Part shown: piece after piece, positions 1 to 9,172 of the stretch
How the letters are laid out: every line of letters begins with the position of its first letter
Position numbering within the stretch: position 1 is the stretch's first letter
The notes under the pieces: model-generated
What the model saw: only the letters and a program-made list of their open reading frames with translations
Told to the model about the DNA's origin: nothing
The model's database searches: none
Program-made: the position numbers and the translations under genes
Assembly (NCBI GenBank): GCA_964016885.1
Contig: OZ024741.1
Span: 403,000,001 to 403,064,000, forward strand
Length of the DNA: 64,000 nt
Direction: 5' to 3'
Origin: Eledone cirrhosa
Taxonomy: Eukaryota

Positions 1-35
1 TCCTCAATGTTGCCATTGACTGACCGGCGGTCAAA
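1..35. repeat. Left arm of a 35-bp perfect inverted repeat bounding the PLE (partner 2439-2473)
   Basis: tcctcaatgttgccattgactgaccggcggtcaaa is the exact reverse complement of 2439-2473. Confidence 0.9.
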
Positions 36-1693
36 TAACACACGATGGGAGAGAAAAAATCCTCAACGCTCACATGATGATGTGGACTGACATCCTAAAG
101 CCAAGCAGACGCACTGCCAACAACTTCCAGGCGTCTAACAATGGCATACCACCCTTGTATGGGCTCCGCAAAGACCACAAGACAGTCGACGACCCGACAA
201 CAGGACCACCAACAAGACCCGTATGCGGAGCTAATATAGCTAGCAACTACAGGATCTCCTACTTCCTCTCAATGGTTATACGCCCCATAATCAAGATGTC
301 CCCAGATGTATGTGAAAGTACTGAGGACCTCCTCAGCAGAATCAGTGAGTGCAACAAAAACAGGAGCCTATCCAACTGCATAATAGGCAGCATGGATGTG
401 GTGTCACTGTACCCATCCATTAACATTGATTTTGCTGTGAAAAGATGTGTGGAGATGATCATTGAGAGTGAGGTGGAGTTCTGCGACGTCGACACAGACG
501 AACTGGGCCTCCTACTTAGACTTACCTACGACACTGACTACCTAGACAGCCATGACCTTAGATGTTTCTGCCCTAGTAGACCTATAAGAGGTAGACCCCC
601 CACCATAACCTCAATGGCTAAAAAGACTCCCATAGGAAGGTGGATTGGGTGGACCAAAGCCATACGGACCCCCCAAAACACTGATCAGGTAAGAAAAATG
701 GTCGCACATGCAATAGGGGCTAGTATCAAAACTACCCTAAAGGGCCACATATTTAAGTTCAATGAGAAAATCTACACCCAAAATGAGGGAGCAGCCATCG
801 GCGTCAGCATAGCTGGTGATGTTGCCAACCTTTTCATGGTATGGTGGGAAAGGAGACTTAAAGATCTCCTTAATGAAAGCTCCATAGACCTCATCATGTA
901 CTCTCGTTATGTAGATGATATCAATATAGTTATAAGAACACCCCCACTAGAGAGCACTAACAAGTTCGATTTAGAACGTAGCACGATGGAAAGCATCCAG
1001 CAGATAGCTAATTCCATACACCAGAGTATAACTGTAACTATAGACTTCCCTTCCAAACACCCTAACAATAGACTACCTGTATTAGACACAGAACTCTGGA
1101 TTAACACTATAGACGAGAGAGCCCAAATTCTCCACTCACACTATGCTAAACCCATGGCCTCCAAATACCTGATACTCAAAAACTCAGCAATGTCCAGTAG
1201 TGCTAAGTTTAATATTCTGATCGCAGATTTGGTACGGGTGATGAAGAATGTGTCCAGCATGTGCGACCCAACAGAAATGGAAGGACACATCCAACACTTC
1301 ATCAACCGCATGCAGTTCTCTGGCTACAACCAAAGAGACAGAGTCAGAGTATACGAAGGAGCCATGGAAAAGTATAAGACCCTCATAGAACTGGACATGA
1401 AAGGAATCTGCCCACTATACAGGAGCAAATCATGGAATAGCTTAGATAGGGCTAGACATAAGATAGGGAAGGCCACATCATGGTACGACAACCAGAGATA
1501 TCAGAGTGTCATGTTTGTGGACGCCACCCCTGGAGGGAAATTAGCTAACCAGTGTAGAAAGGCCCTGAGAAAGACCCACTTAAAAATAAAGGTGGTAGAA
1601 AAGCCAGGAACCACCATAAAATCCCTGATCAGCAAAACCTACCCTTTAAGAAAACCCACTGTACCAATAGGAAGTGTATCATATGTAAGGTGA
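35..1693 (+). CDS. Penelope-like element reverse transcriptase (Naiad-like), 5'-truncated; continues into the endonuclease via a -1 frameshift near 1642
   Basis: PLE RT motifs LYGLRKDHK..RPVC, IGSMDVVSLYPSI, QNEGAAIG, RYVDD, LPVLD, HYAKPMAS. The frame is open upstream of ATG74 (..EKILNAHMMMW) back to the inverted-repeat junction at about 35. Confidence 0.92.
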   Translation: MTHDGREKILNAHMMMWTDILKPSRRTANNFQASNNGIPPLYGLRKDHKTVDDPTTGPPTRPVCGANIASNYRISYFLSMVIRPIIKMSPDVCESTEDLLSRISECNKNRSLSNCIIGSMDVVSLYPSINIDFAVKRCVEMIIESEVEFCDVDTDELGLLLRLTYDTDYLDSHDLRCFCPSRPIRGRPPTITSMAKKTPIGRWIGWTKAIRTPQNTDQVRKMVAHAIGASIKTTLKGHIFKFNEKIYTQNEGAAIGVSIAGDVANLFMVWWERRLKDLLNESSIDLIMYSRYVDDINIVIRTPPLESTNKFDLERSTMESIQQIANSIHQSITVTIDFPSKHPNNRLPVLDTELWINTIDERAQILHSHYAKPMASKYLILKNSAMSSSAKFNILIADLVRVMKNVSSMCDPTEMEGHIQHFINRMQFSGYNQRDRVRVYEGAMEKYKTLIELDMKGICPLYRSKSWNSLDRARHKIGKATSWYDNQRYQSVMFVDATPGGKLANQCRKALRKTHLKIKVVEKPGTTIKSLISKTYPLRKPTVPIGSVSYVR

Positions 1694-2064
1694 ACCCCCG
1701 GATAAACTGTAAAACTAGAAACGTAGTCTATAGCATAAGATGTACAGAGGGTACTTGCAGAAACATGACAACAACATACATAGGTGAGACAGCTCGTAGC
1801 ATAGGTGAAAGGATAGACCAACACTGGGGGGAACTAAAAGGACGAAAAAACGGGTCAGTACTATACGAACATGCTAGACAACAACATGACGGTAACATAG
1901 ACAACATAGAAATTAGAATAATATCTAAACATAGGAATGACCCAGCAGATAGGCAAATCAGAGAGGCCAGTGAAATAGAAATTAGAAGACCAAAGCTAAA
2001 CAGAAAGAATGAGTGGAACAACAACAACACCCAAACAAACAACACTGACCTAAGAGAAGTATAA
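1642..2064 (+). CDS. PLE Cys-rich linker plus GIY-YIG endonuclease (C-terminal part of the same polyprotein)
   Basis: The -1 frame from 1642 reads PFKKTHCTNRKCIICKVNPRINCKTRNVVYSIRCTEGTC..YIGETARSIGERIDQH..EHARQQH..RQIREA..LN. This gives VVY..YIG, conserved R/E/N residues and a CCHH-type motif. Confidence 0.9.
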   Translation, partial: PFKKTHCTNRKCIICKVNPRINCKTRNVVYSIRCTEGTCRNMTTTYIGETARSIGERIDQHWGELKGRKNGSVLYEHARQQHDGNIDNIEIRIISKHRNDPADRQIREASEIEIRRPKLNRKNEWNNNNTQTNNTDLREV

Positions 2065-2334
2065 ATAAGTAAATAAAATTAAATAAAATAAGATAAATAA
2101 ATACATACACAAGCACAATAACAACAAGCACATAAACACACACTAGTCACCCAGCAGACACAACACTATACACACTAGTCACACATCACACATAACACTA
2201 TACACACACGCAAACGCATGCGCAAAGAAGACAAAATAAAATAAGATAAACAAACAAGCAAATAAATAAATAAATATATAGACAGACTTAAAAAATGGCG
2301 TAGGCATACAACACAACAGGAGAAACAATGAATA

Positions 2335-2385
2335 TAACACCACTGACGATGTTGCAGATGTGCAACGAAAGATTTATGTAAATTA
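2335..2385 (+). ncRNA. Minimal hammerhead ribozyme core at the PLE 3' end
   Basis: CTGACGA-T-GTTGCA-gatg-TGCAAC-GAAA (2343-2370) with a perfect 6-bp stem II. Stems I and III are weak. PLE terminal repeats are known to carry such motifs. Confidence 0.65.
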
Positions 2386-2438
2386 TGTAAACTATATATA
2401 TATATATGTGTTTGTGTCTATATTGTATCTGTATTATT

Positions 2439-2473
2439 TTTGACCGCCGGTCAGTCAATGGCAACATTGAGGA
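2439..2473. repeat. Right arm of the inverted repeat bounding the PLE
   Basis: tttgaccgccggtcagtcaatggcaacattgagga. Confidence 0.9.
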
Positions 2474-2700
2474 CCGAGTAAGTTAGATCGCAGATATAAT
2501 AAAAGACAGCGAGAAGCGAAAACCAACCAAACAGTGAGTGTGTTCTGTTATTAATTCTGGCAATATTACGCAAATATGACCCTCCCCAAGTATAACAATA
2601 TATATTTATATATATATATATATATATTTTATATATATATATATATATATATTTATATAAATTCAAAATATTAATAAATATAGACATTCACGTAATCAAA

Positions 2701-2772
2701 ATATATTTTATTATATATACTTCGGAGGTACTGTGCTGTTTTTTCAGTACGTCCTCATCAGATAAAATATAT
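2701..2772 (-). ncRNA. Type I minimal hammerhead ribozyme (GAAG variant)
   Basis: Minus strand reads atatattttat-CTGATGA-ggacgtactg..cagtacctcc-GAAG-tatata-TA-ataaaatatat. Stem I is 11 bp, stem II is long, stem III is palindromic. Confidence 0.7.
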
Positions 2773-2959
2773 AAATTGATGTATGACATACCTCAACTGT
2801 GCTGATGGTTCAATTCCAGTCTTGGCAGTATATATATATATATATATATACTCTCGAGTTGAGGGGGATAACCACAGTTAAAAAAGGTGCTCCATACATT
2901 GGTAGAGTATAGGTATCTTAATTATATATAGAAATGACTTCTACAGGACTAGAACTGTT

Positions 2960-3311
2960 CATCATCATCATCATGGTTTACCGTCTATTTTTCCACACTA
3001 GCGTAGGTTAGACAAACCAGATCAGATGACAGTGTCTTGTTTAAATAGAATTGATTATGGTTTGGTTCCTATGGCTAGATGCCCTTCCTAATGCCCACCA
3101 CATTTACAGTGTGGACTGGATGTTTTTTATCATGACATTGTAAGACCACTTTACAGTGTTAATTAAGCGCATTTTGTCGTGACACCTGCACAATCACTTT
3201 ACAGTATAGGCTGGGTGCTTTTTGTTGTGGCTCAAAAACAGTTCTTAATGAGCAAGTCACGGTCACCTGACCCAACTAGCATAGAAAATGGACATTAAAT
3301 AATGATGATGA

Positions 3312-3315
<4 letters not shown>
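2960..3315. mobile_element. RTE LINE/SINE 3'-end remnants in both orientations
   Basis: (CAT)n-tttaccgtctatttttccacactagc (minus) and tagcatagaaaatggacattaaataa(TGA)n (plus) match the 3' tail at 19815-19860. Confidence 0.65.
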
Positions 3316-3374
<59 letters not shown>

Positions 3375-3437
3375 AATGAAGTAATTCCGTCGGAAAAGTC
3401 CAGGAAAAAAGAGTGCTCTATGTAGGCAACAGAGCTT

Positions 3438-3696
3438 AATTATTATTATGTAATAAACAACATAAGGCAATTATTCCATTTACCAGTGGTTTCTTAAAAG
3501 CAAAAGGTTTTGCTTTCAATCCTCAGAATGAAAAAATCCTGGTTTGTTTATTGAATTTGGATTTTAAAAAACAAAAATGCAATCTATATGAAAGTGAGGC
3601 TGGAGAAGGAAGAAGGAAAGGAAAAATAAAATAAAACTACACATGCAAACACACACACAAAAACACAAAAGCATACATACACACACATACATACAT

Positions 3697-3783
<87 letters not shown>

Positions 3784-3865
3784 TACACATACACATATAT
3801 ATAAAACATACACTTATATACACATACACATACATACACATATACACATACATACATTCATACAT

Positions 3866-3896
<31 letters not shown>

Positions 3897-4349
3897 TATA
3901 TATACATATATATATATATACACATATACACATACATATATATACATGTGTGTACAAGCATACACATACACAAACATAGCCATACACACACACATATAGA
4001 TACATACATTCACACAATCATACATATATACATACGTACATACATACACATACATAAATGCACTCCTCTACATATTCACACACGCAAATAAATATAAGAA
4101 AAAAATATATATATATTAAAAATTTTTGACCCCGTTACATAAGGCAGCTAACTGGACAGACACGCGTGGTAAGTAATACACACAAATGCACGTATACATA
4201 CGTACGAAATCGTAAACACATACACACACTCTCACACATAAATATACATATACAAATACATAAACACATACATACACATACATGCACAAACACGCACACG
4301 TATACAATATATACACACACATATGTATATGTAATTATATACACACACA

Positions 4350-4381
<32 letters not shown>

Positions 4382-4570
4382 CATAAATATAAACGCACAC
4401 GCACACACATATACGTATACATACGCACACATATACATACATAGCTAAACAATTATACACATACAAATACGTACATATCATAAACACGCACAACCAAATA
4501 CAAACACACACACACGCACATACATATATACATACACACGCATACATATACACACATATATATATATATA
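3438..4570. repeat. Left arm of a ~1.1-kb inverted duplication, rich in (TA)n/(CA)n microsatellite
   Basis: Reverse complement of ~7465-8537, including unique blocks (ccagtggtttcttaaaagc; taaggcagctaactggacagacacgcgtgg). Confidence 0.9.
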
Positions 4571-4618
4571 CATATACAATATTAAATAAATGGAAAACTA
4601 TATTTATAAAACCATATT

Positions 4619-4685
4619 TATTTCATTATATATATTTCGGGGATATCATATTAACAATATGCTATGCCTTCATCAGACAAAATAC
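4619..4685 (-). ncRNA. Type I minimal hammerhead ribozyme, partly degenerate
   Basis: Minus strand reads tattttgt-CTGATGA-aggcatagcatatt..aatatgatatcccc-GAAA-tatata-TA-atgaaata. Confidence 0.65.
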
Positions 4686-5038
4686 AATATAAACAGTTTT
4701 ATAGATAAATATATTCGACATACCGTAATAAACATCAACTTCATTTGAAGAGGTTTACTCTAGCAGTGAAAATACAGAGAGAAAGAGAGAAAGAAAAGAG
4801 GGAAAAACGAAAGAAAGAAAGACAAAACGAAGAGAAGGAAGAAAAAGAAGAAAAAGAAAAAGAAGAAATGCATGGAACAAAATAGAGAGATGGAAAAATA
4901 GATAAAGTGAAGAGCTTCATGTAAAGAGACAGAAAGATATATATATATATAGAGAGAGAGGAAATAGAGATAGATACATATATATATAGAAAATTAGGTA
5001 GTGGGAGGTCATTTTGAGTAAGTGTATCAATGATACAT

Positions 5039-5073
<35 letters not shown>

Positions 5074-6214
5074 GCTCAAGTATTAATGTAAGGGAGATAT
5101 ATAGAGAGATATAGAGAGATATAGAGAGAGAAAAAAATTTAAAAATATCCAGACATATTCGAGGCGTAGAAAACCCTATGTTTTAATGTATTAGTATTTA
5201 TATATTTATAAAACTTACACTACACTGTAAATATCAGTATTCCTGAATGAAACAAGTATTCACAATGTGTGAAAATTCATTATCTTATGTTTAGTTTTAA
5301 AAATTCATATGTCTATGTGACAGCTACAAATCTCAATTTGAATCCAACTGATTCACTCCGCAAACTCTAAGTTATCGGAAAACATTCTCAATGTGGTATA
5401 AAAATTTGAGCGTATTATTATTCTTGCGATTACTCTACAAGATTATCTATCAAACAGAAATAGAGAGCAGATTTCAATATACTAATCGAAAATATATATT
5501 ATATTATAAACATAATAATAAGTAAAAATATAGAATAGAAAACTAAAAAAATAAAAAAATATTACGAAAGAATATTACATAATAAAAATATTGCATATTA
5601 AAAATACTACGTATTAAAAAATATTACGTATTAAAGATTTACATATAAAAATTTACATATAAAAATATACATATAAAAATTTACATATAAAAATTTACAT
5701 ATAAAAATATATAAAAATATTAAAAAAATAAATAAAATAAAAATAAAAATATTATAGAATACTACAATACTAAAAGAATAAAAGTAAAAATAAAAATAAA
5801 AATAAAAATAAAAATAAAAATAAAAATGAAAATAAAAATAAAAATAAACCACAAAAAAACAACCCTTCAAAGTTAATTGACAATATATTGCCACGTTCAC
5901 TACAAGACAAAGCCAAAAATTATCTATCAAATCACATCTAGCAAAGAATATCGTAAAAAAGATTATGATGTCCAATTATGTCTACATATGTTCCTATGTT
6001 TAATATAGAAGTTTATCTAGTGTAAGGTTAATTCAAAAAATTTGGAGCATCGGCTTTTAGGGTAGCTTAATTTTTCATGAGGAATGTTTAGATAAAAATA
6101 AAAATAAATAAAATAAAATAAACAATAAAAAGAGTAAAACGAGGGAATCAAAGATTTAGGAATCAAAAGATTTATCGGCTAGTTCTCATATAAATATAAA
6201 TCAAACTAAATATA

Positions 6215-6580
6215 CTACATTTTAAATTTAAATTTATATTTAAACGTTGAGTTTAATCTATGTTTGCAACAACTGAATAAATTTGTCCGTAGGTTAAGGG
6301 AGTTTTTAGATTTTAGTATAAAGAATATCTCCTCTGCACAGAGGTCACATGTCTCAGAGGATGAATTAAAAGGAATCCCTCTTGAGACTATATTCCAAGC
6401 CGTCGAATATCTAACGTTATCTAGCTTAAGTTGCCAGAGTACCCCTGATAGTGCCGTTGAAGATTTTTTATTTGGGTCTGTGAAAGAATTCTTGTGGTTA
6501 TTATAGCGAAGTTTAAATTCCGTCGATGTGGAACCGACGTAGTTTAATATTGTAAATATACTCCAAATATTTGTCGAGTG
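6215..6580 (-). pseudogene. GIY-YIG endonuclease remnant of a second PLE family (not in the ORF track)
   Basis: Minus-strand frame: NYVGSTSTEFKLRYNNHKNSF..TALSGVLWQLK..YSTAWNIV..CDLCAEEIFFIL..LNLRTNLFSCCKHR..stop at 6215-6217. This is a typical PLE C-terminal EN signature; the GIY part is degraded. Confidence 0.8.
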
Positions 6581-6654
6581 CTTTTATATCAGTTATAAAT
6601 ATTTACTAGTTGTAACCCAACAATTTAAAATATAACTTTACATATATATACATA

Positions 6655-7240
6655 TATTAGAAAGATCGAGTATCGAAAAATCGGCGCACGAGTTCACGAA
6701 AAACGAAATTCGATATGAGCGGCAGAGGGCTCAATAATTCAGATGAATCAGAGCTATAACTATCGTTAAAATACCGTCACATATAGAACAAGTCTACAAT
6801 CAACCATACGATTTAAAATCGATAAAGGAAGATTCGGGCCAAACAGATAAAAAATATCAATAAAACAATACGTCAATAATTTAAATGAATGTAAAATCAT
6901 ACCCGGACCCACTAGAAAGGTGTTAAATCTAGCTTCATGGGTTTCTGTAAATCCTTAGACAGTACTCTATCAGCTCACATATAAATATAAAAGCCTACTA
7001 GAATAAGTGGAACGGAGTTTACGTTGTCAACGAGTTTTATCCTGGCGGCAAAGGAGTCAACTAGCGGTGAAAAACGCACATGGCATTAGACAAGGGAGAT
7101 GACCCCTATATCCGCGAAAACAATTCGAGTGAATGTGGAAATACACATATCGAATTAGAGTGCTCAATAGACATGTTAAAATAAAACAAAAGCTATTCAT
7201 CACTCAATAGAATCGACAAAAAATGAGCAATAAAATTAAG
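6655..7240. repeat. ~600-bp dispersed repeat, a diverged inverted copy of the units at 11979-13208
   Basis: Shared blocks ggcagagggctcaataatt, atcagagctataactatcgttaaaatac, acccggaccc.ctagaa..tgttaaatctagcttc, agagtgctcaa. Confidence 0.8.
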
Positions 7241-7431
7241 ATTGAAGGAAAATTTTTTTGCTTTTAAGAAACCACTGGTGAATGGAATAATTGCCTTATG
7301 TTGCTTTATTACTTTACTACTATATATACGTATATGTAAGGTTCATATGAATTATCTAAGACTGAGTTTTACACATACACACATGTATGTGTGTGTGTAT
7401 GTGTATGCATATGTATATATATGTATATATG

Positions 7432-7464
<33 letters not shown>

Positions 7465-7506
<42 letters not shown>

Positions 7507-7652
7507 ATATGTATGCGTGTGTATGTATATATGTATGTGTGTGTGTGTGTGTTTGTATTTGGTTGTGCGTGTTTATGATATGTACGTATTTGTATGTGTA
7601 TAATTGTTTAGCTATGTATGTATATGTGTGTGTGTGTGCGTTTATATTTATG

Positions 7653-7703
<51 letters not shown>

Positions 7704-8139
7704 ATATAATTACATATACATATGTGTGTGTATATATTGTATACGTGTACGTGTTTGTGCATGTATGTGTATGTATGTGTTTATGTATTTGTATATGTAT
7801 ATTTATGTGTGAGAGTGTGTGTATGTGTTTACGATTTCGTACGTATGTATACGTGCATTTGTGTGTATTACTTACCACGCGTGTCTGTCCAGTTAGCTGC
7901 CTTATGTAACGGTGTCAAACATTTTTAATATATATATATTTTTTTCTTATATTTATTTGCGTGTGTGAATATGTAGAGGAGTGCATTTATGTATGTACGT
8001 ATGTATATATGTATGATTGTGTGAATGTATGTATGTATATGTGTGTGTGTATGGCTATGTTTGTGTATGTGTATGCTTGTACACACATATATATATATGT
8101 ATGTGTATATGTGTATATATATATATATATGTATATATA

Positions 8140-8170
<31 letters not shown>

Positions 8171-8252
8171 ATGTATGAATGTATGTATGTGTATATGTGT
8201 ATGTATGTGTATGTGTATATAAGTGTATGTTTTATATATATGTGTATGTGTA

Positions 8253-8303
<51 letters not shown>

Positions 8304-8537
8304 ATGTATGCTTTTGTGTGTGTGTTTGCATGTGTAGTTTTATTTTATTTTTCCTTTCCTTCTTCCTTCTCCAGCCTCACTTTCATATAGATTGTATTTT
8401 TGTTTTTTAAAATCCATATTCAATAAACAAACCAGGATTTTTTGATTCTGAGGATTGAAAGCAAAACCTTTTGCTTTTAAGAAACCACTGGTAAATGGAA
8501 TAATTGCCTTATGTTGTTTATTACATAATAATAATTA
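7465..8537. repeat. Right arm of the ~1.1-kb inverted duplication
   Basis: Reverse complement of 3438-4570. An extra short partial copy lies at ~7255-7310. Confidence 0.9.
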
Positions 8538-8555
8538 TATATATATATATATATA

Positions 8556-9034
8556 CAGGGTGCGGACGATATTTGTTCGCAAGATTACTGTCTAGGAAAA
8601 AGTAACACAGTAGTTTTATTTTTTAAGATATATTTATCAAACTTGGGTCAGTTTGTCTTCGTAACTTGTTCTTTCGATCTCACTTGATAAACCCGCCATT
8701 GGCTTTGATGACGGCTTCAAGGCGGCCTCGGAACCGGCTACAGGCCTTCGTCACTGTCCCCCTTAGGCCCCTAAAGGCACTTGTGATCCTGGCCTTCAGA
8801 TCATCTTTCGTATTGCAGCTAGATCTGTTGGTGTCTTGTTTCACTGCGCCCCACACAAAGAAGTCGAGGGGGTTGTAGTCAGGCAGGCTGGGAGGCCAGA
8901 TGTCAGGTGAAGTGTGGTCAACGAATTTCTCTGACAGCCAGGCTTGGGTCTTTTGGCTGGCATGGCAGGGCGCTGAGTCTTGCTGCCACACTGAAAATTG
9001 CTGAAAATTACGAACAAATATCGTCCACATCCTG
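8556..9034 (-). mobile_element. Internally deleted Tc1/mariner (maT/DD37D-like) transposon retaining the transposase C-terminus
   Basis: TIRs cagggtgcggacgatatttgttcg / cgaacaaatatcgtccacatcctg with TA flanks. Minus-strand peptide WQQDSAPCH..WPPSLPDYNPLDFFVWG..ACSRFRGRLEAVIKANGGFI. Confidence 0.9.
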
Positions 9035-9172
9035 TATTTATGTACAATGTAAATAATAATCAAAGAGTGTTTAATCTTTCAATCATTTAATAACCAACGA
9101 TCGTTTCATCCTAGCACAAGTTATTACAAAAGCTAAACACAAATATAGGATCAAAACCTTGCTTCAAGAACA

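Noticed and set aside
1691-1693. TGA as a selenocysteine codon (as in some Naiad PLEs)
   Set aside because: In-frame readthrough hits TAA three codons later, the EN is in the -1 frame, and no convincing SECIS was seen downstream.
3276-8410. Numerous Y/I/V/C/H/T-rich ORFs
   Set aside because: Dinucleotide microsatellite translations.
9085-9155. Additional hammerhead on the minus strand (gatccta..taggat-GAAA-cgatcg-tt); similar half motif at ~2935-2960
   Set aside because: The CUGANGA box is missing; at most a decayed remnant.
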